Part shown: positions 24,404 to 36,719 of the stretch, one piece after another | Layout: the number at the start of each line of letters is the position of its first letter | Numbering within the stretch: the stretch's first letter is position 1 | Source: Selaginella moellendorffii | Taxonomy: Eukaryota; Plantae; Lycopodiophyta | Assembly: GCF_000143415.4 (NCBI RefSeq) | Contig: NW_003314261.1 | Location: 1,103,674-1,167,673, forward strand | Length of the DNA stretch: 64,000 nt | Reading direction: 5' to 3' | Notes under the pieces: generated by a model | What the model was told of the DNA's origin: nothing | Seen by the model: only the letters and a program-made list of their open reading frames with translations | The model's database searches: none | Translations under genes and position numbers: made by a program

Positions 24404-25568
24404 ATGGGCAAGGATTCGAAGGCCAAGGAGAGCGCCAAGGGCAAATCCAAGCAAAGTGGAGGTGGATCGGCAGCTGAGGCGCCGTCCAAGGGCAAATCGA
24501 AAGGCGGCGGTGGCAGCGGCAAGGATGAGCTCGGGACGTGCACGTATGTCAAAGGTAAGAATTTTACCTCTAATTTTATGCATCCTCTAGGAGGTTTTAG
24601 TGTCTAGATTTCGCTCATTGATCTTTGTAGCCATTCACGAGTATAAGTCCAGTGTGTAAAGGACCCGCATTGCTGGTTTTCTCAGTAATCACCACTTCAT
24701 ACGCGGAAAATTTATCTTTTTTCTTGGTTTTTCGACATTGTGTTTACTCTACATTCTTTTCTTCGATGATGATCTTTGACTAATTTCAGCTTTTGCCTTC
24801 CCCGATTGTGCAAAACTCTTTTCTTCGATTATGATCCTTGACTAAACTTTAGCTTTTGCCTTCTCCGATTGTGCAAAACTCTTTTCTTCGATGATGATCC
24901 TTGACTAAACTTTAGCTTTTGCCTTCTCCCATTGTGCAAAACTCTTTTCTTCGATGATGATCCTTGACTAAACTTTAGCTTTTGCCTTCTCCCATTGTGC
25001 AAAACTCTTTTCTTCGATGATGATCCTTGACTAAACTTTAGCTTTTGCCTTCTCCGATTGTGCGATTGCTTGTAGCTGTTTTGTTTACTAATGGCTTTTT
25101 ACTGCTCAATCCCTTGCAGCCAGGCATGTTCTCTGCGAGAAACAGGGACGGATCAACGACGCCTACAAGAAGCTCCAGGACGGATGGATAAACAACGGCG
25201 ACAAAGTCCCACCGGCGGAGTTCGCAAAAGTAAGCCGTGTTTCGCGACCTCGCTCATTCCTCGCTGTGACGTCTGATGTTTGAGTGTCAATGCTTTGCCT
25301 CCAGGTCGCTGCCGAGTTCTCTGAGTGCCCGTCTGGAAAGAAAGGCGGGGATTTGGGATGGTTTCCTCGCGGGAAAATGGCCGGCCCCTTTCAGGAAGTC
25401 GCGTTTTCTACGCCCGTCGGATCAACCAGTGCTCCTTTCAAATCAACGTGAGATTTTCTCCTTCTAGATCTTTCTTGACACTAAAGTTCGCACTTTTGTT
25501 TTTTCTTTTCTCTTTGTTTTCTCAGGCATGGCTACCACTTTATACTAGTAGAAGGTCGAAAGAATTGA
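24404..25568 (+). CDS. PIN4: Parvulin-type peptidyl-prolyl isomerase (Par14/PIN4-like); 4 exons
   Basis: Basic G/K-rich N-terminus, VKARHVLCEKQG, SECPSGKKGGDLGWFPRGKMAGPFQEVAF and HGYHFILVEGRKN*. Confidence 0.93.
24757..25063. repeat. 63-bp minisatellite, about 5 copies, in parvulin intron 1
   Basis: aaaactcttttcttcgat recurs at 24812, 24875, 24938 and 25001. Confidence 0.95.
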
Positions 25569-26146
25569 GTGTAATGTTGATATCACCCCTGTTACAAAGC
25601 TTTAGCTGATGTAAAGGTTTTACTAAGGTTTTTGGTGTGTAGGCCCGAGAAAATACTTCTGGTGGATGGAATATTGCAAGCTCCGGGGTCTTATCATTCA
25701 TTACATTGTGCTGATGAAAGCTTGCCATTTACACAGTGAACATAGCTTATTAGAGAAAGCAAAAGAAGAAGAAATCGTTGGCCTGTCCAATTGTCAAAGT
25801 TGGAGGGAGGAGATGTTCTTTCACTTTCGGGTCTTTTTTGGTAGAGATGTGGTTACGAGAAACTAAAATCTACGAAAGTGATGCTCGTATTTGTCGTTGA
25901 CAAGATGAGCAAAGCACTCTTTGGGTGTGTGATGTGTGTGTGTCTTGTACAGGATTACTTAAAGACGTGTGCATAGCGAGAGAGGTCCCAGTACTATCTC
26001 ATCCTCCTCTCCCTTTCTCTCTTTCCTTGGCCTTCGCATATATTGGGGATCCATGGCCTAGGATCACTCAATTGGAGTGAATTCCTCCTCCTTGATCAAT
26101 CCATTCCAAGCCGAGAGTTTGCAGAGTTTTCCTTCTCGAATTCACG

Positions 26147-28500
26147 ATGAAGCCGGCGTTGATCGTTCTGCTCCTGGCGATGCTCGTGTTTGCTCCTCTG
26201 GTTTGGTCGGCGGAGTTGAATTCCACGCTCACAGCCTCGCTGAGAAAGAGAAGGCACAAGAAAGTTGGAAATGGACTTGGAGGAACGCCTCCCATGGGGT
26301 ACGTATACAAAACCATAGTTGCTAAGAATCTTTCTCGCATCTACGTGATCATCTCTTTCTCTTTCGGGAAAACATCAAAGGTGGAATAGCTGGAACCATT
26401 TCGGTTGTGGAATCAACGAAGGTCTCATCCAGAAAACTGGTAAACAAAGAGAAAATCGTCCAAAGAAGGGAAAAATTCTCATTCTTCTAATGACTTTGCA
26501 TATAGCCGATGCCATAGTCTCCAGTGGATTGGCGAAACTTGGCTACGTTCACATCAATCTGGACGATTGCTGGGCCGAGTCAACACGAGATGGACAGGTT
26601 GAAGAAAAAGATGATAGTCATTCCATTAGTGCTAACTAATCACGTGTTTAATTTAACAGGGTAATTTGCGCGGGAAGAGCTCCACTTTTCCATCGGGCAT
26701 CAAGGCGCTGGCCGACTATGTCCACGCCAAGGGACTCAAGCTGGGAATATACTCAGATGCCGGGTCGGTGCTTGTAGCTTTGTTTGCTGATGCGTCGCCA
26801 TCGCGCTAGGGTTCTAACGTCTCTTTCGTCGTCGCCGCGTTTGATTGCCGCAGCTACCAGACGTGTAGCAAGCAACAGCCGGGATCGCTGGGCCGGGAGG
26901 CCCAGGACGCGTCCACATTTGCGAGCTGGGTAAGCGCCTCGATTTTTACTGGGATTTCTTGGATTAGGAGGGTTCTTGCGAGAAATTCTGGGATTATGAT
27001 CGATATTCTTTCGATCGGGGCTATGGCAGGTCTTGGATCGATCGCTCGCTGCTTGGATCGATCGGGGTTTCAAGCATTTGGAGGGTCTTCTTGCTTCTGG
27101 AGATTATAGGAGTCTAGGAGTAGATTAATAGATTCTTTGATTCTAACCGGGCTTCTTTCTTTTTTTTCTTCTTCTATAGGGTGTTGATTATCTCAAATAC
27201 GACAATTGTGAGAACGATGGAACTAGTCCTAAAGCTCGGTAAGGAGCACTCTCCAGATTTAATCAATGTCGGGCGACTCATTTGTTTTCTTTTTTCTTCT
27301 TGTTGGTGCGCTTGTTAGGTACCCAGTCATGCGAGACGCACTGGCCAAATCCGGTCGGAGTATTTTTTATTCACTCTGTGAGTGGTAAATTCATCAATCT
27401 TTCTGTCTTCCACCACTTGTCCTTTTTTTTTATTTCTTTAGTCGAGAAGACTTATCAGCTTCTTACTTTGACTATGGTTTTCCAGGGGTCAGGAAAATCC
27501 TGCGACCTGGGCTGCCGATGTTGGGAACAGTTGGCGGACAACAGGGGATATAAGTGACGACTGGAGCACGTAAAAGAAATCTTGATACATTTATCGAACA
27601 GTAAGGCTGACGTTTGTCTGTAGGATGATGTCTCGGGCGGACGAAAACAATCAGTGGGCAAGTTATGCTGGACCGGGGCACTGGAATGGTAACTTTTCGT
27701 CTTCCCAGAGTTTTCACGCAATTTACTTGTGTTATAATCGCAAAATCAGATCCTGATATGCTTGAGGTTGGAAACGGCGGAATGAGCGTGGACGAATACC
27801 GGACACACTTCAGCTTGTGGGCTATAATGAAGGTATGGCTTTCAGTCGCTTTCATTCACGCTGAAAATATTGACAGTATACCATCCCATACCATGTCCCA
27901 ACAGGCACCTCTACTGATCGGCTGTGACGTAACAAGTATTGGAAGCGATTACCTTTCCATACTCTCGAACTGGGAAGTCATCAATGTAAACCAAGGTATT
28001 TGGTATTTCCGTATTGTTTGTCTTACCTGCCGTTCGTTGCGAGTCACTTTACCAATTTGATCGCTTTGATCGCTTTCCAGACTCGTTGGGTGTACAGGGC
28101 AAGAAAGTTAGCTCGTCGTCGTCTCTAGATGTAAGTAACTTTACAGCAATTTCTCGCTTTTCTCTTGTGTTTTGTCTTTGTCGCTGACGCATCTAGATCT
28201 AATCTACACAGGTCTGGGCCGGGCCTCTCTCGGGCGGTCGGGTCGTGATCTTAATGGTGAACAGGAGCTTCATGACATGGAGTATCACAGCCAACTGGGA
28301 CGAGATTGGCTTGAAGTCGGGAACGAAAGCCACTGGAAGAGATCTATGGCAGGTAAGAGCTTCCAATCAATTCAGAGGCTTTGTTTGAAGTGTTTGCTTG
28401 TTTGCAGCACAAGGACTTGCCAGTTGTGTACACCGGAAGCATTCAAGCGTCCGTTCCTTCGCACGGCTGCAAGATGTTTATACTGACGCCAACGTCGTGA
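26147..28500 (+). CDS. AGAL: Alpha-galactosidase (GH27), secreted, multi-exon; copy 1
   Basis: Signal peptide, [41 protein letters not shown] and [13 protein letters not shown]. Confidence 0.95.
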
Positions 28501-28800
28501 GAAAAGGCATTGATACGAGCAAAGCCAGGTATGATCGATCAAACACAGTCACGGACGCTACAAAAAAAGAAGAAAAAACAGATTTTTTTAAGAAATGGGA
28601 GATAAAATCTCCTGAGAGAGAAGTTTCGAATGGAAGAACAGCGAATAAAACCTCCTTCCAAAAGACGAATAAAGAAGAGTTGCTTTTGATCTTTATGCTG
28701 GCAGTAAAAGGTAAATAGCTACCATGTGGTAACTTTTTCCTCCTTTTTAAATGTGTTCCTGGCTTCTCATTCGTGGCTAGGAGAGAGAGGGGTGGAGAGG

Positions 28801-31066
28801 ATGAAGAAGAAGGATTCGCCGCTTCTCTCCTTCTCCATTTCCCTCTCGATCTTGTTCTTCGTCTTCTCCTCCAATGCACCCTGGGCATTGTCCTCCAATG
28901 GCGATGATCTTGCGGGGACGAATCTCACGCGCGGAGGCGTGATCCGGGCCAGAATCCACAGGAATCCCTTCCGACATGCCAAGGCGACGGATGGACTGGG
29001 GCGGAGCCCGCCGATGGGGTAAGATGGATCGATCAAGATCGATGTTTTCCCGATATTTCGTCCAATTTCTCGCGAAATATCGAATCGCCGAGCGATCTAA
29101 TCACGCGCATTGAGGTCTGATGTTCGCCGCGCAGATGGAACAGCTGGAATCACTTCGCATGTGGCATCAATGAGCAGCTCATCAGACAAACGGGTGAGGA
29201 ATATCCTGTTCTTGCCTGGACATGGAGAGAATATGCCCCCTCCCTGTTCTCGATGGAACTTATTATAAGTGCTTTTCTCTCGTACAGCTGATGCGATGGT
29301 TTCAAGTGGATTGAGCAGGCTTGGCTACAGATACATCAATCTGGACGACTGCTGGGCTGATTCGTCTAGAGACTGGCAGGTAGATCTCAATTCTGCTCAG
29401 ATCAATCCTTCTCATCTCAGTGTCTCGCAAGATCCCCGTGATTTGTCTTGTTTCCAGCATTTCATATTGCTAAAGGCGATTGACCGTGATCTTGAAATCT
29501 TTTTCTCCCGCAGGGGAACCTGAGAGCGAAGAGCTCGGCATTCCCATCCGGAATTAAGGCGCTGGCGGATTACGTCCATAGCAGAGGGCTGAAGCTTGGA
29601 ATTTACTCGGACGCCGGGTTAGTACACTTCTTTTCTTTCAATCGTGGAGAATGTAAGTTTGGTCCATTCCATGCAGCTACCAGACATGTAGCAAGCAGCA
29701 GCCTGGATCGTTGGGACGAGAGTACCAAGATGCCGCCACATTTGCGAGCTGGGTGAGTCGAGTAGAAATTCTTCTTTGCCTTTGTTTGATCGAACTTTTT
29801 TTTTTCCAGGGCGTTGATTACTTGAAGTATGACAATTGCGGAAACAATGGTGTGAGTCCCAGAACCAGGTAAAGTTCAAATTTCCGTTTCGGTTGCCTCT
29901 AATTCGTTTGTTTGTCCCGATCGACAGATACCATGTCATGCACGATGCATTGGTCAAGACAGGCCGTCCTATCTTCTACTCGCTGTGCGAGTGGTAAGTT
30001 GCTATAACTCCAGGGGATATGTCGCTCACATTCGTGTGATTGGTTGCAGGGGCCAGGATAATCCCGCGACTTGGGCTTCCAACGTTGGAAATAGCTGGAG
30101 GACTACGGGCGACATTGCGGATAACTGGAACTCGTACTAGCCCATTGTGTGAGTTTTAATGCTCAAGGCTCTTAGATGAGTGTTGTCTGTGCAGGATGGT
30201 CTCGCGAGCGGATCTGAACAACCAGTGGGCATCGTATGCGGGACCGGGACACTGGAACGGTATCAATCAGTTTCATACGAGTTCACCGGATTTCGTTGCG
30301 TAACGCTGGCAACTTTGGTGTTTTTTTTCTTTCATCCTCCAGATCCGGACATGCTAGAGGTTGGAAACGGTGGAATGTCGGTGGAAGAATATCGTACACA
30401 TTTCAGCTTGTGGGCCATTATGAAGGTACCAAGAAGAAAAGAAAAGGCAAACGCTCTAAGGAACTTTGTTTGGTTTTTCTCCAGGCGCCTCTTCTTATCG
30501 GCTGTGACATTCGAAGCATACGTAAAGATTACCTCGGCATCCTTTCAAACTGGGAAGTCGTTGGTGTCAATCAAGGTCTGTCTCAGTTTCTTTTGCGACC
30601 ACCGTTCATTTGCTCACTCAAAGAACTTTCTTTCCAGATTCTCTAGGAATTCAAGGCAGAAAAGTGAGAACCCAGGGCTCCACCGAGGTATAGTTTAGAT
30701 TATAAAGTCTTGGAAGGAGTCTCTCAAAATATTTTCTCTAAACAGGTTTGGGCCGGGCCCCTTTCCGGTGGTCGTGTCGCTGTCCTGATGGTGAACAGAG
30801 GTTATATGGGATGGAGCATAAACGCAAACTGGCAAGACATTGGCATCAAACAAAACCTTCGTGTCACCGCGAGAGATTTATGGCAGGTATTCTCAAAATC
30901 TTTGACGATTTGATCCACTGAAAGCTACGCCTTGTGTGTTTCTCAAATTCTCTTTCCTTTCGTGAATCCGCAGCATCAAAACTTACGATACACATATACC
31001 AACGGCATTCGAGCGTACGTTCCATCTCACGGCTGCCGGATGTTCGTGCTCAAGCCAGGCGGTTAA
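28801..31066 (+). CDS. AGAL: Alpha-galactosidase (GH27), secreted, multi-exon; tandem copy 2
   Basis: Same motifs and intron positions as copy 1 ([34 protein letters not shown]). Confidence 0.95.
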
Positions 31067-31356
31067 AAACGTTTTTGTTTTTTTCTACACTCTGGTTTTT
31101 ACTCGTCTTAAATGGTGAAAATGGCGGTCGTCTCTTTTGTCTCGCCCAGTTGCTGGCTAGAGAGGTACTGGCTTTCATGTCAAAATAAATTTGACTGGGC
31201 TCTCGTATTCTCGGGAAGAAGGAACATGGAGGCGACGGTCCAGATCCACTGGCGCCAAAACTGGTGGCATTTAATTCCAGGGGCTTTCCGCAAGAACCCT
31301 AAAAAAGGCTTTATTTATCTGAGAAAAGGATTCTTCTTCTTGGAGTTGGACACGCG

Positions 31357-32823
31357 ATGGGCAAGCTGCCGGATTTCCTCCAGTCCGTGAGGCTCAAGTA
31401 CGTCAAGCTCGGGTATGCGTATCTACTGTCTCGCGCCGCAGTGCTCGCGATCACGGTCCCCCTCCTGGTCGCGGCGGCCAGCGAAATCTCGCGGCTTTGG
31501 ATCGAGGACATCATCTGGATGCTGTGGGAGCACTTCCGCTACAATCTCCTCAGCCTCTCGCTCTCCTCGGCGGCGCTGGCGTTTGTGGCAACGATCTACG
31601 CGACGACGCGGCCGGCGCCAGTGCTCTTGATGGATTTCGCGTGCTACCGCCCCGACGACGATCGCAGGTGCTCCAGGGAGCGATTCATGAGGCACTCCCG
31701 GCATTCGGGGGCTTTCAACGAGGAGTCGCTCAGCTTCCAGGCCAAGATTCTGGAGAAGTGCGGGATTGGGGAGGAATCCTACGTGCCGCGCTCCCTCACC
31801 AGCGATCCCTTCAACAAGTCCATGGAGGAGGCTCGGTTCGAGACGGAGAGCGTCATGTTTGGCGCGCTGGACGAGCTCTTCTCGCGATCCGGCGTCCGGC
31901 CAAAGGACATTGGCATCCTCATCGTCAACTGTAGCCTCTTCAATCCCACGCCATCGCTTTCGGCCATGATCGTCAATCATTACAAGATGCGTGGCAACAT
32001 CCAGAGCTACAACCTGGGTGGCATGGGCTGTAGCGCCGGGGTCATCTCCATCGATCTGGCCAAGGATTTGCTCCAGGTCCACCGCAGCACGTACGCGATC
32101 GTGGTGAGCACCGAGAACATCACGCACAACTGGTTCCTGGGCAACGACCGCTCGATGCTCGTCACGAACTGCCTCTTCCGGATGGGCGGCGCCGCCATCC
32201 TCCTCTCCAACAAGCGATCCGCCCGCCGCGCCGCGAGGTACGAGCTCGTCCACACGGTGAGAACCCACAAGGGAGCCGACGATCGCTGCTTCCAGTGCGT
32301 GTTTCAGCAGGAGGACGAGAATGGGATGGTGGGAGTGTCGCTGTCGAGAGATGTCATGGCCGTGGCCGGCGAGGCGCTCAAGACCAACATCACGACGCTG
32401 GGGCCGCTGGTTCTGCCGCTGCCCGAGCAGATTATGTTCTTCTTCACGCTGGTGGCGAGGAGGTTTCTCAAGATCCAAGTCCGGCCTTACATCCCCGACT
32501 TCAAGAAGGCGTTTGAGCACTTCTGCATCCACGCCGGGGGTAGGGGCGTGCTGGACGACTTGCAGAAGAACCTGGGGCTCACCGACTGGCATATGGAGCC
32601 GTCACGGATGACGCTCTATCGTTGGGGTAACACTTCGTCGAGCTCGCTGTGGTACGAGCTGGCCTACTGCGAGGCCATGGGGCGGATCAAAAGGGGCGAC
32701 CGGGTCTGGCAGATCGCGTTTGGGTCGGGGTTTAAGTGCAACAGCGCGGTGTGGAGGGCTCGGGTGACGGTGGATGGCCACAAGGTTAGGAACGCATGGT
32801 CTGAGTTTGATGTTCTTCCTTGA
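31357..32823 (+). CDS. KCS: 3-ketoacyl-CoA synthase (VLCFA condensing enzyme), intronless
   Basis: LPDFLQSVRLKYVKLGY, NLGGMGCSAG, FCIHAGGR, GNTSSSS and WQIAFGSGFKCNS. Confidence 0.97.
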   Translation: MGKLPDFLQSVRLKYVKLGYAYLLSRAAVLAITVPLLVAAASEISRLWIEDIIWMLWEHFRYNLLSLSLSSAALAFVATIYATTRPAPVLLMDFACYRPDDDRRCSRERFMRHSRHSGAFNEESLSFQAKILEKCGIGEESYVPRSLTSDPFNKSMEEARFETESVMFGALDELFSRSGVRPKDIGILIVNCSLFNPTPSLSAMIVNHYKMRGNIQSYNLGGMGCSAGVISIDLAKDLLQVHRSTYAIVVSTENITHNWFLGNDRSMLVTNCLFRMGGAAILLSNKRSARRAARYELVHTVRTHKGADDRCFQCVFQQEDENGMVGVSLSRDVMAVAGEALKTNITTLGPLVLPLPEQIMFFFTLVARRFLKIQVRPYIPDFKKAFEHFCIHAGGRGVLDDLQKNLGLTDWHMEPSRMTLYRWGNTSSSSLWYELAYCEAMGRIKRGDRVWQIAFGSGFKCNSAVWRARVTVDGHKVRNAWSEFDVLP

Positions 32824-33262
32824 GGAGGTTGTTTTTGGAAGTTATTTATAGATTAGAAAAATTATATATCTATAAATAATTTTGCTTTCAAAAAGTTATG
32901 TGAAAAAAGGCCATAATATGAAACTTAATTTGTTTGTATCAAAGTGCTTTAATCATTGGATATTATTTATTTACCCCAATTTAACAGCTATCAAAATCCT
33001 ACTACACTAATATTAATATATGACATTGTAGCCATATGCTAATATTAATATATAGTATCATAATTGTACATTTAGTGAATAAAAGTTTATTAAATATATG
33101 CAATAAATACCAATCTTGAGAACTAATAAGTTTTAATTCAAATTTGTATATAAGCTATGATTTTTAGGCTAATTGATACACATTTCTATATTCTCTTTCC
33201 CTCTTAAGACATCTTAAGGAATGTTTAGGAGTTTGTTCTAAGGTAAAACCACTGCCCAAAAT

Positions 33263-33848
33263 GCCCATGGTAGCTTGATGATGCTCTCTTGCTTCCCTTT
33301 GTACTCAAAGTCACTCATTCACATGATCTAAAGCATTTCACCAAGAAACTCTTCATCAAAGCACCCTTTCTTCTTCTTCTTTTCTTCCTTATATATGATG
33401 ATCAACTGTTTTTTCCCTTTGTGGACTTCCCAATTGTCATGACTCTAATACTGATGTGGCCCATGGTGGCTTGATGACACTCTTCTGCTTCCCTTTGTAC
33501 TCGAAGTCGCTCATTCACATGATCTAAGGTGCTTCACCGAGAAACTCTTCATCAAGGCATCTTTTATTCTTCTTCTTTTCTTCCTTACATACGATGATCG
33601 ACTGTTTTTTCCCTTTGTGGACTTCCCCTCCCCAATCGTCATGACTCTAATACTGATGTGGCCCATGGTGGCTTGATGACACTCTTTTGCTTCCCTTTGT
33701 ACTCAAAGTCGCTCATTCACATGATCTAGGGCGCTTTGCCGAGAAACTCTTCATCAAGGCATCCTTTATTCTTCTTTCTTTTCTTCCTTACATGCGATGA
33801 TCGACTGTTTTTTCCCTTTGTGGACTTCCAATGCTAATACCGACGTGG
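33263..33848. repeat. ~200-bp tandem repeat x3, downstream (element orientation) of the gypsy integrase
   Basis: gcccatggt..cttgatga..cttccctttgtactc starts at 33263, 33459 and 33661. Confidence 0.9.
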
Positions 33849-33944
33849 CAGCAAATGGAATATTCCCTCAGTTCTACATCCACCTATTGGGCTCCGTCCC
33901 GGAGCACACAGCTACGGCAGCTTCATCTCGCTCATGGTACTAGC

Positions 33945-36670
33945 TCCATTAACACGAGTTGGTAACAAGTTCACACTAAGATCTTCAAGCTGGACTGAGC
34001 CATTGGTAAAAACTTCAACGATGCGATATGGGCCAAGCCAGCGAATACGGAGTTTCCCAGGCTTTTTCCAGTGCTTGCTATCATATAGCAGAACCTGATC
34101 ACCAGCAGAAAAATTCTTAACACGCAAATGACGATCATACCAGACTTTGTGGCGCTTCTGAAGTGCTTCGCGAGCTTGGAAGGCGAGAAGTCGACACTCA
34201 TCGAGTTGGAGAAGTGTGTCCAGTCGAGCTTGAAGAGTGTTGTCCCAGTCGAAGTTGTGCTCGACAGCCATACGGAGAGATGGAATCTCAAACTCGAGTG
34301 GTAGGATGACTTCTTGTCCATAAACAAGCTGGAAAGGTGAAGCTTTGGTGGTGACCTTGTAAGCAACGCGGTATGCCCAGAGAGCATCCAACAAGCGTTG
34401 ATCCCAATCTGTGCGAGAAGCACTGGCAAGCTTCGTGATAATGTCGCACAGTATGTTATTGGTGCGCTCCACCTGTCCGTTAGCACGAGGGTGATAGGGA
34501 GTGGACTTACGATGAGCGATGCCATACTTCTCCACGAAGGTCGCGATCAAGTGAGTACCTCTATCGCTCACCAGCTCCAAAGGGCAGCCAAATCTCGTGA
34601 TGATGTTCTTGTAAAGAAAAGTCGCAACCTTGGCAGCTGTGTCTTCCGTGAGAGCTTCTGCCTCGGCCCACTTCGTGACATAGTCCGTGCACACAAGAAT
34701 CTAGCGGCAACGGGAAGGATGGCTGGCTGGCTTGATCGGTCCCACAATCGATGCCCCACTTCTCAAAAGGAAGCACCGGAAGCAGAGGATTAAGCGGCAT
34801 CAGATCGCGGCGAGTTGGGCGACCAGCACGCTGGCAGGGATCGCAGGTCCGAACGTAGGCAGCAACATCCTTGTGAAGCGTTGGCCACCGATAGCCAGCT
34901 TGAAGAACCAAACGAATTGTTGCCTCAGCTGAAAAGTGGCCGCCATAAGGTGAATCATGGCATGAAGTGATAACAGTGGCCACCTCGTGAGGAAGGATAC
35001 AACGGCGTAGAACGTCGTCACGGCCGAGGATGTAGAGCTGGCCATGCAGGAGAGAGTATGGACGAGCCTGGATAATAAGTCGCTTGCATTCGGTGACAGT
35101 AAAGTCAGCAGGGAACTCGCCGGTAGCCAGATAATCTGCAATGCCTTGATACCATTCGGGAACAGCCTCGACCGCAAAGAGATCCGTGGTGTCGCAAGAA
35201 AACAGAGCTGCATCAGCTGGGTCATCTTCAAGGTCCTAGGAGGAGGGAGGGCCTGGCAATCGTGAAAGGTGATCGGCCATGGCATGAGCGCGGCCGGGCT
35301 TCAGGATCACGTCAAAGTCGAATTCCTGGAGGATGATGAGCCAGCGAGAGATGCGACCTGTGCGGCAAGGCTTGTTGACTAGGTACTTGAGTGCTTGGTG
35401 ATCCACGAAAAATTTGAAGTGTGTGCCCAACAGGTAGTGGCGATACTTCTGAATAGCAAAGGTCATGCCCAAGCCTACCCGTTCAGTGGCGGAGTAGTTG
35501 CGCTCGGCAGAGGAGAGTTGGCGGCTTGCGTAGAAAATAGGGTGATCGATGCCCTCTCGCGGCTGGCAAAGAGCAGCGCCGACAGCAAAGGCAGAAGCAT
35601 GGAGTGGAAAATAACTGTCCAGTCAGGAACGGCTAAAATCGGAGCAGTGATCAGAGCTCCCCGGAGAAGCTCAAATGCGTCCTGACACGCTGGTGTCCAC
35701 TCGTAAGGCATGCCGGCCTTCAAGAGTTTCGTCAGAGGTAAAGCTTTAGTCACGAAGTTGTAGATAAAGTGGCGATGGTAGCCGACGTGGCCCAAGAAAG
35801 CTTGGAGATCTTTTTTAACGTGCGGTGGTTCCAGGTTCTTCACGATAGCCACCTTAGCTGGATCCACAGCTAATCCGTCCCGGGAGACCACTCGACCGAG
35901 AAGAATGCCACGGGGAACGCCAAATGTACACTTGGAGGGATTTAGAGAAATGCCATAGAAACGGCAACGTTCCAAACATTTTTCGAGTTTTATGCAATGA
36001 GATATAGTGTCGCTATAAACGCTGAAATCATCAAGGAAAACTTCCAGAAAATCTCCAAGAGCCGTTGAAAGGCTGCTTGCATGACTCGTTGAAAAGTCAC
36101 AGGACTATTCGTGAGTCCGAATGGCATCACCCCACAGAGTGATAAACGAGGTGATATGTTGATCATCAGGATGGATAAGAACCTGGTGATAGCCACTAAA
36201 GCCATCAAGGAACGAATAAGTCGTGCATCCAGCCACGTTGTCGAGCACCACATCCGTGAAGGGAAGGGGAAACCCGTCCTTGCGTGTCACAGCATTAAGC
36301 TTGCAGTAGTCGACACATACACGCAGCTTCCCATTCTTTTTTGGAATGACAACGATGGGAGAGAGCCAATCTGTTGCGTTGACAGGGTAGATGAAACCCG
36401 CAGCAAGCATCTTATCCAGGTCCTCACGAACAGCTTGAGTGTAGTTTGGATTCATGCGGTACATTCTCTGTTGTCGTGGCTTAGCATCTGGCTGGAGTTC
36501 GATGTGGTGTTGCCCAAGCTCAAGATTGATGCCACGTAAATCCGCATAAGACCATGCAAAGATGTCCTTGTATGCATGGAAAAGCTTCTGGTACTGCTGG
36601 AGTTCCAAAGGAGATAAGTTAGCACCAACTTGGAGTTCACGAGGTTCACTGGAGGTACCAATGTTGACGG
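33945..36670 (-). mobile_element. Ty3/gypsy LTR-retrotransposon pol remnant (RT-RNase H-integrase), frameshifted, no gag or LTR pair seen
   Basis: RT motifs LRVCVDY, FLDGFSGYHQ, MPFGLTN and FLDDF; RH region YRHYLLGT..DHQAL; integrase H..H..C..C, TPYHPRANGQVE and WLGPY. Confidence 0.93.
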
Positions 36671-36719
36671 AAGTCAGAACAAGGACAAGCATGCAAGCGA
36701 GAGCTAAAGTATGCCTTAG

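Noticed and set aside
24757-25063. CRISPR-like array (also considered for 33263-33848 and 49800-50010)
   Set aside because: Units repeat head-to-tail without unique spacers, there are no cas genes, and the context is eukaryotic.
31423-32592. Long antisense or overlapping ORFs over KCS, PPR, RLK and PK
   Set aside because: Expected shadows of GC-rich coding sequence, with no recognisable motifs.
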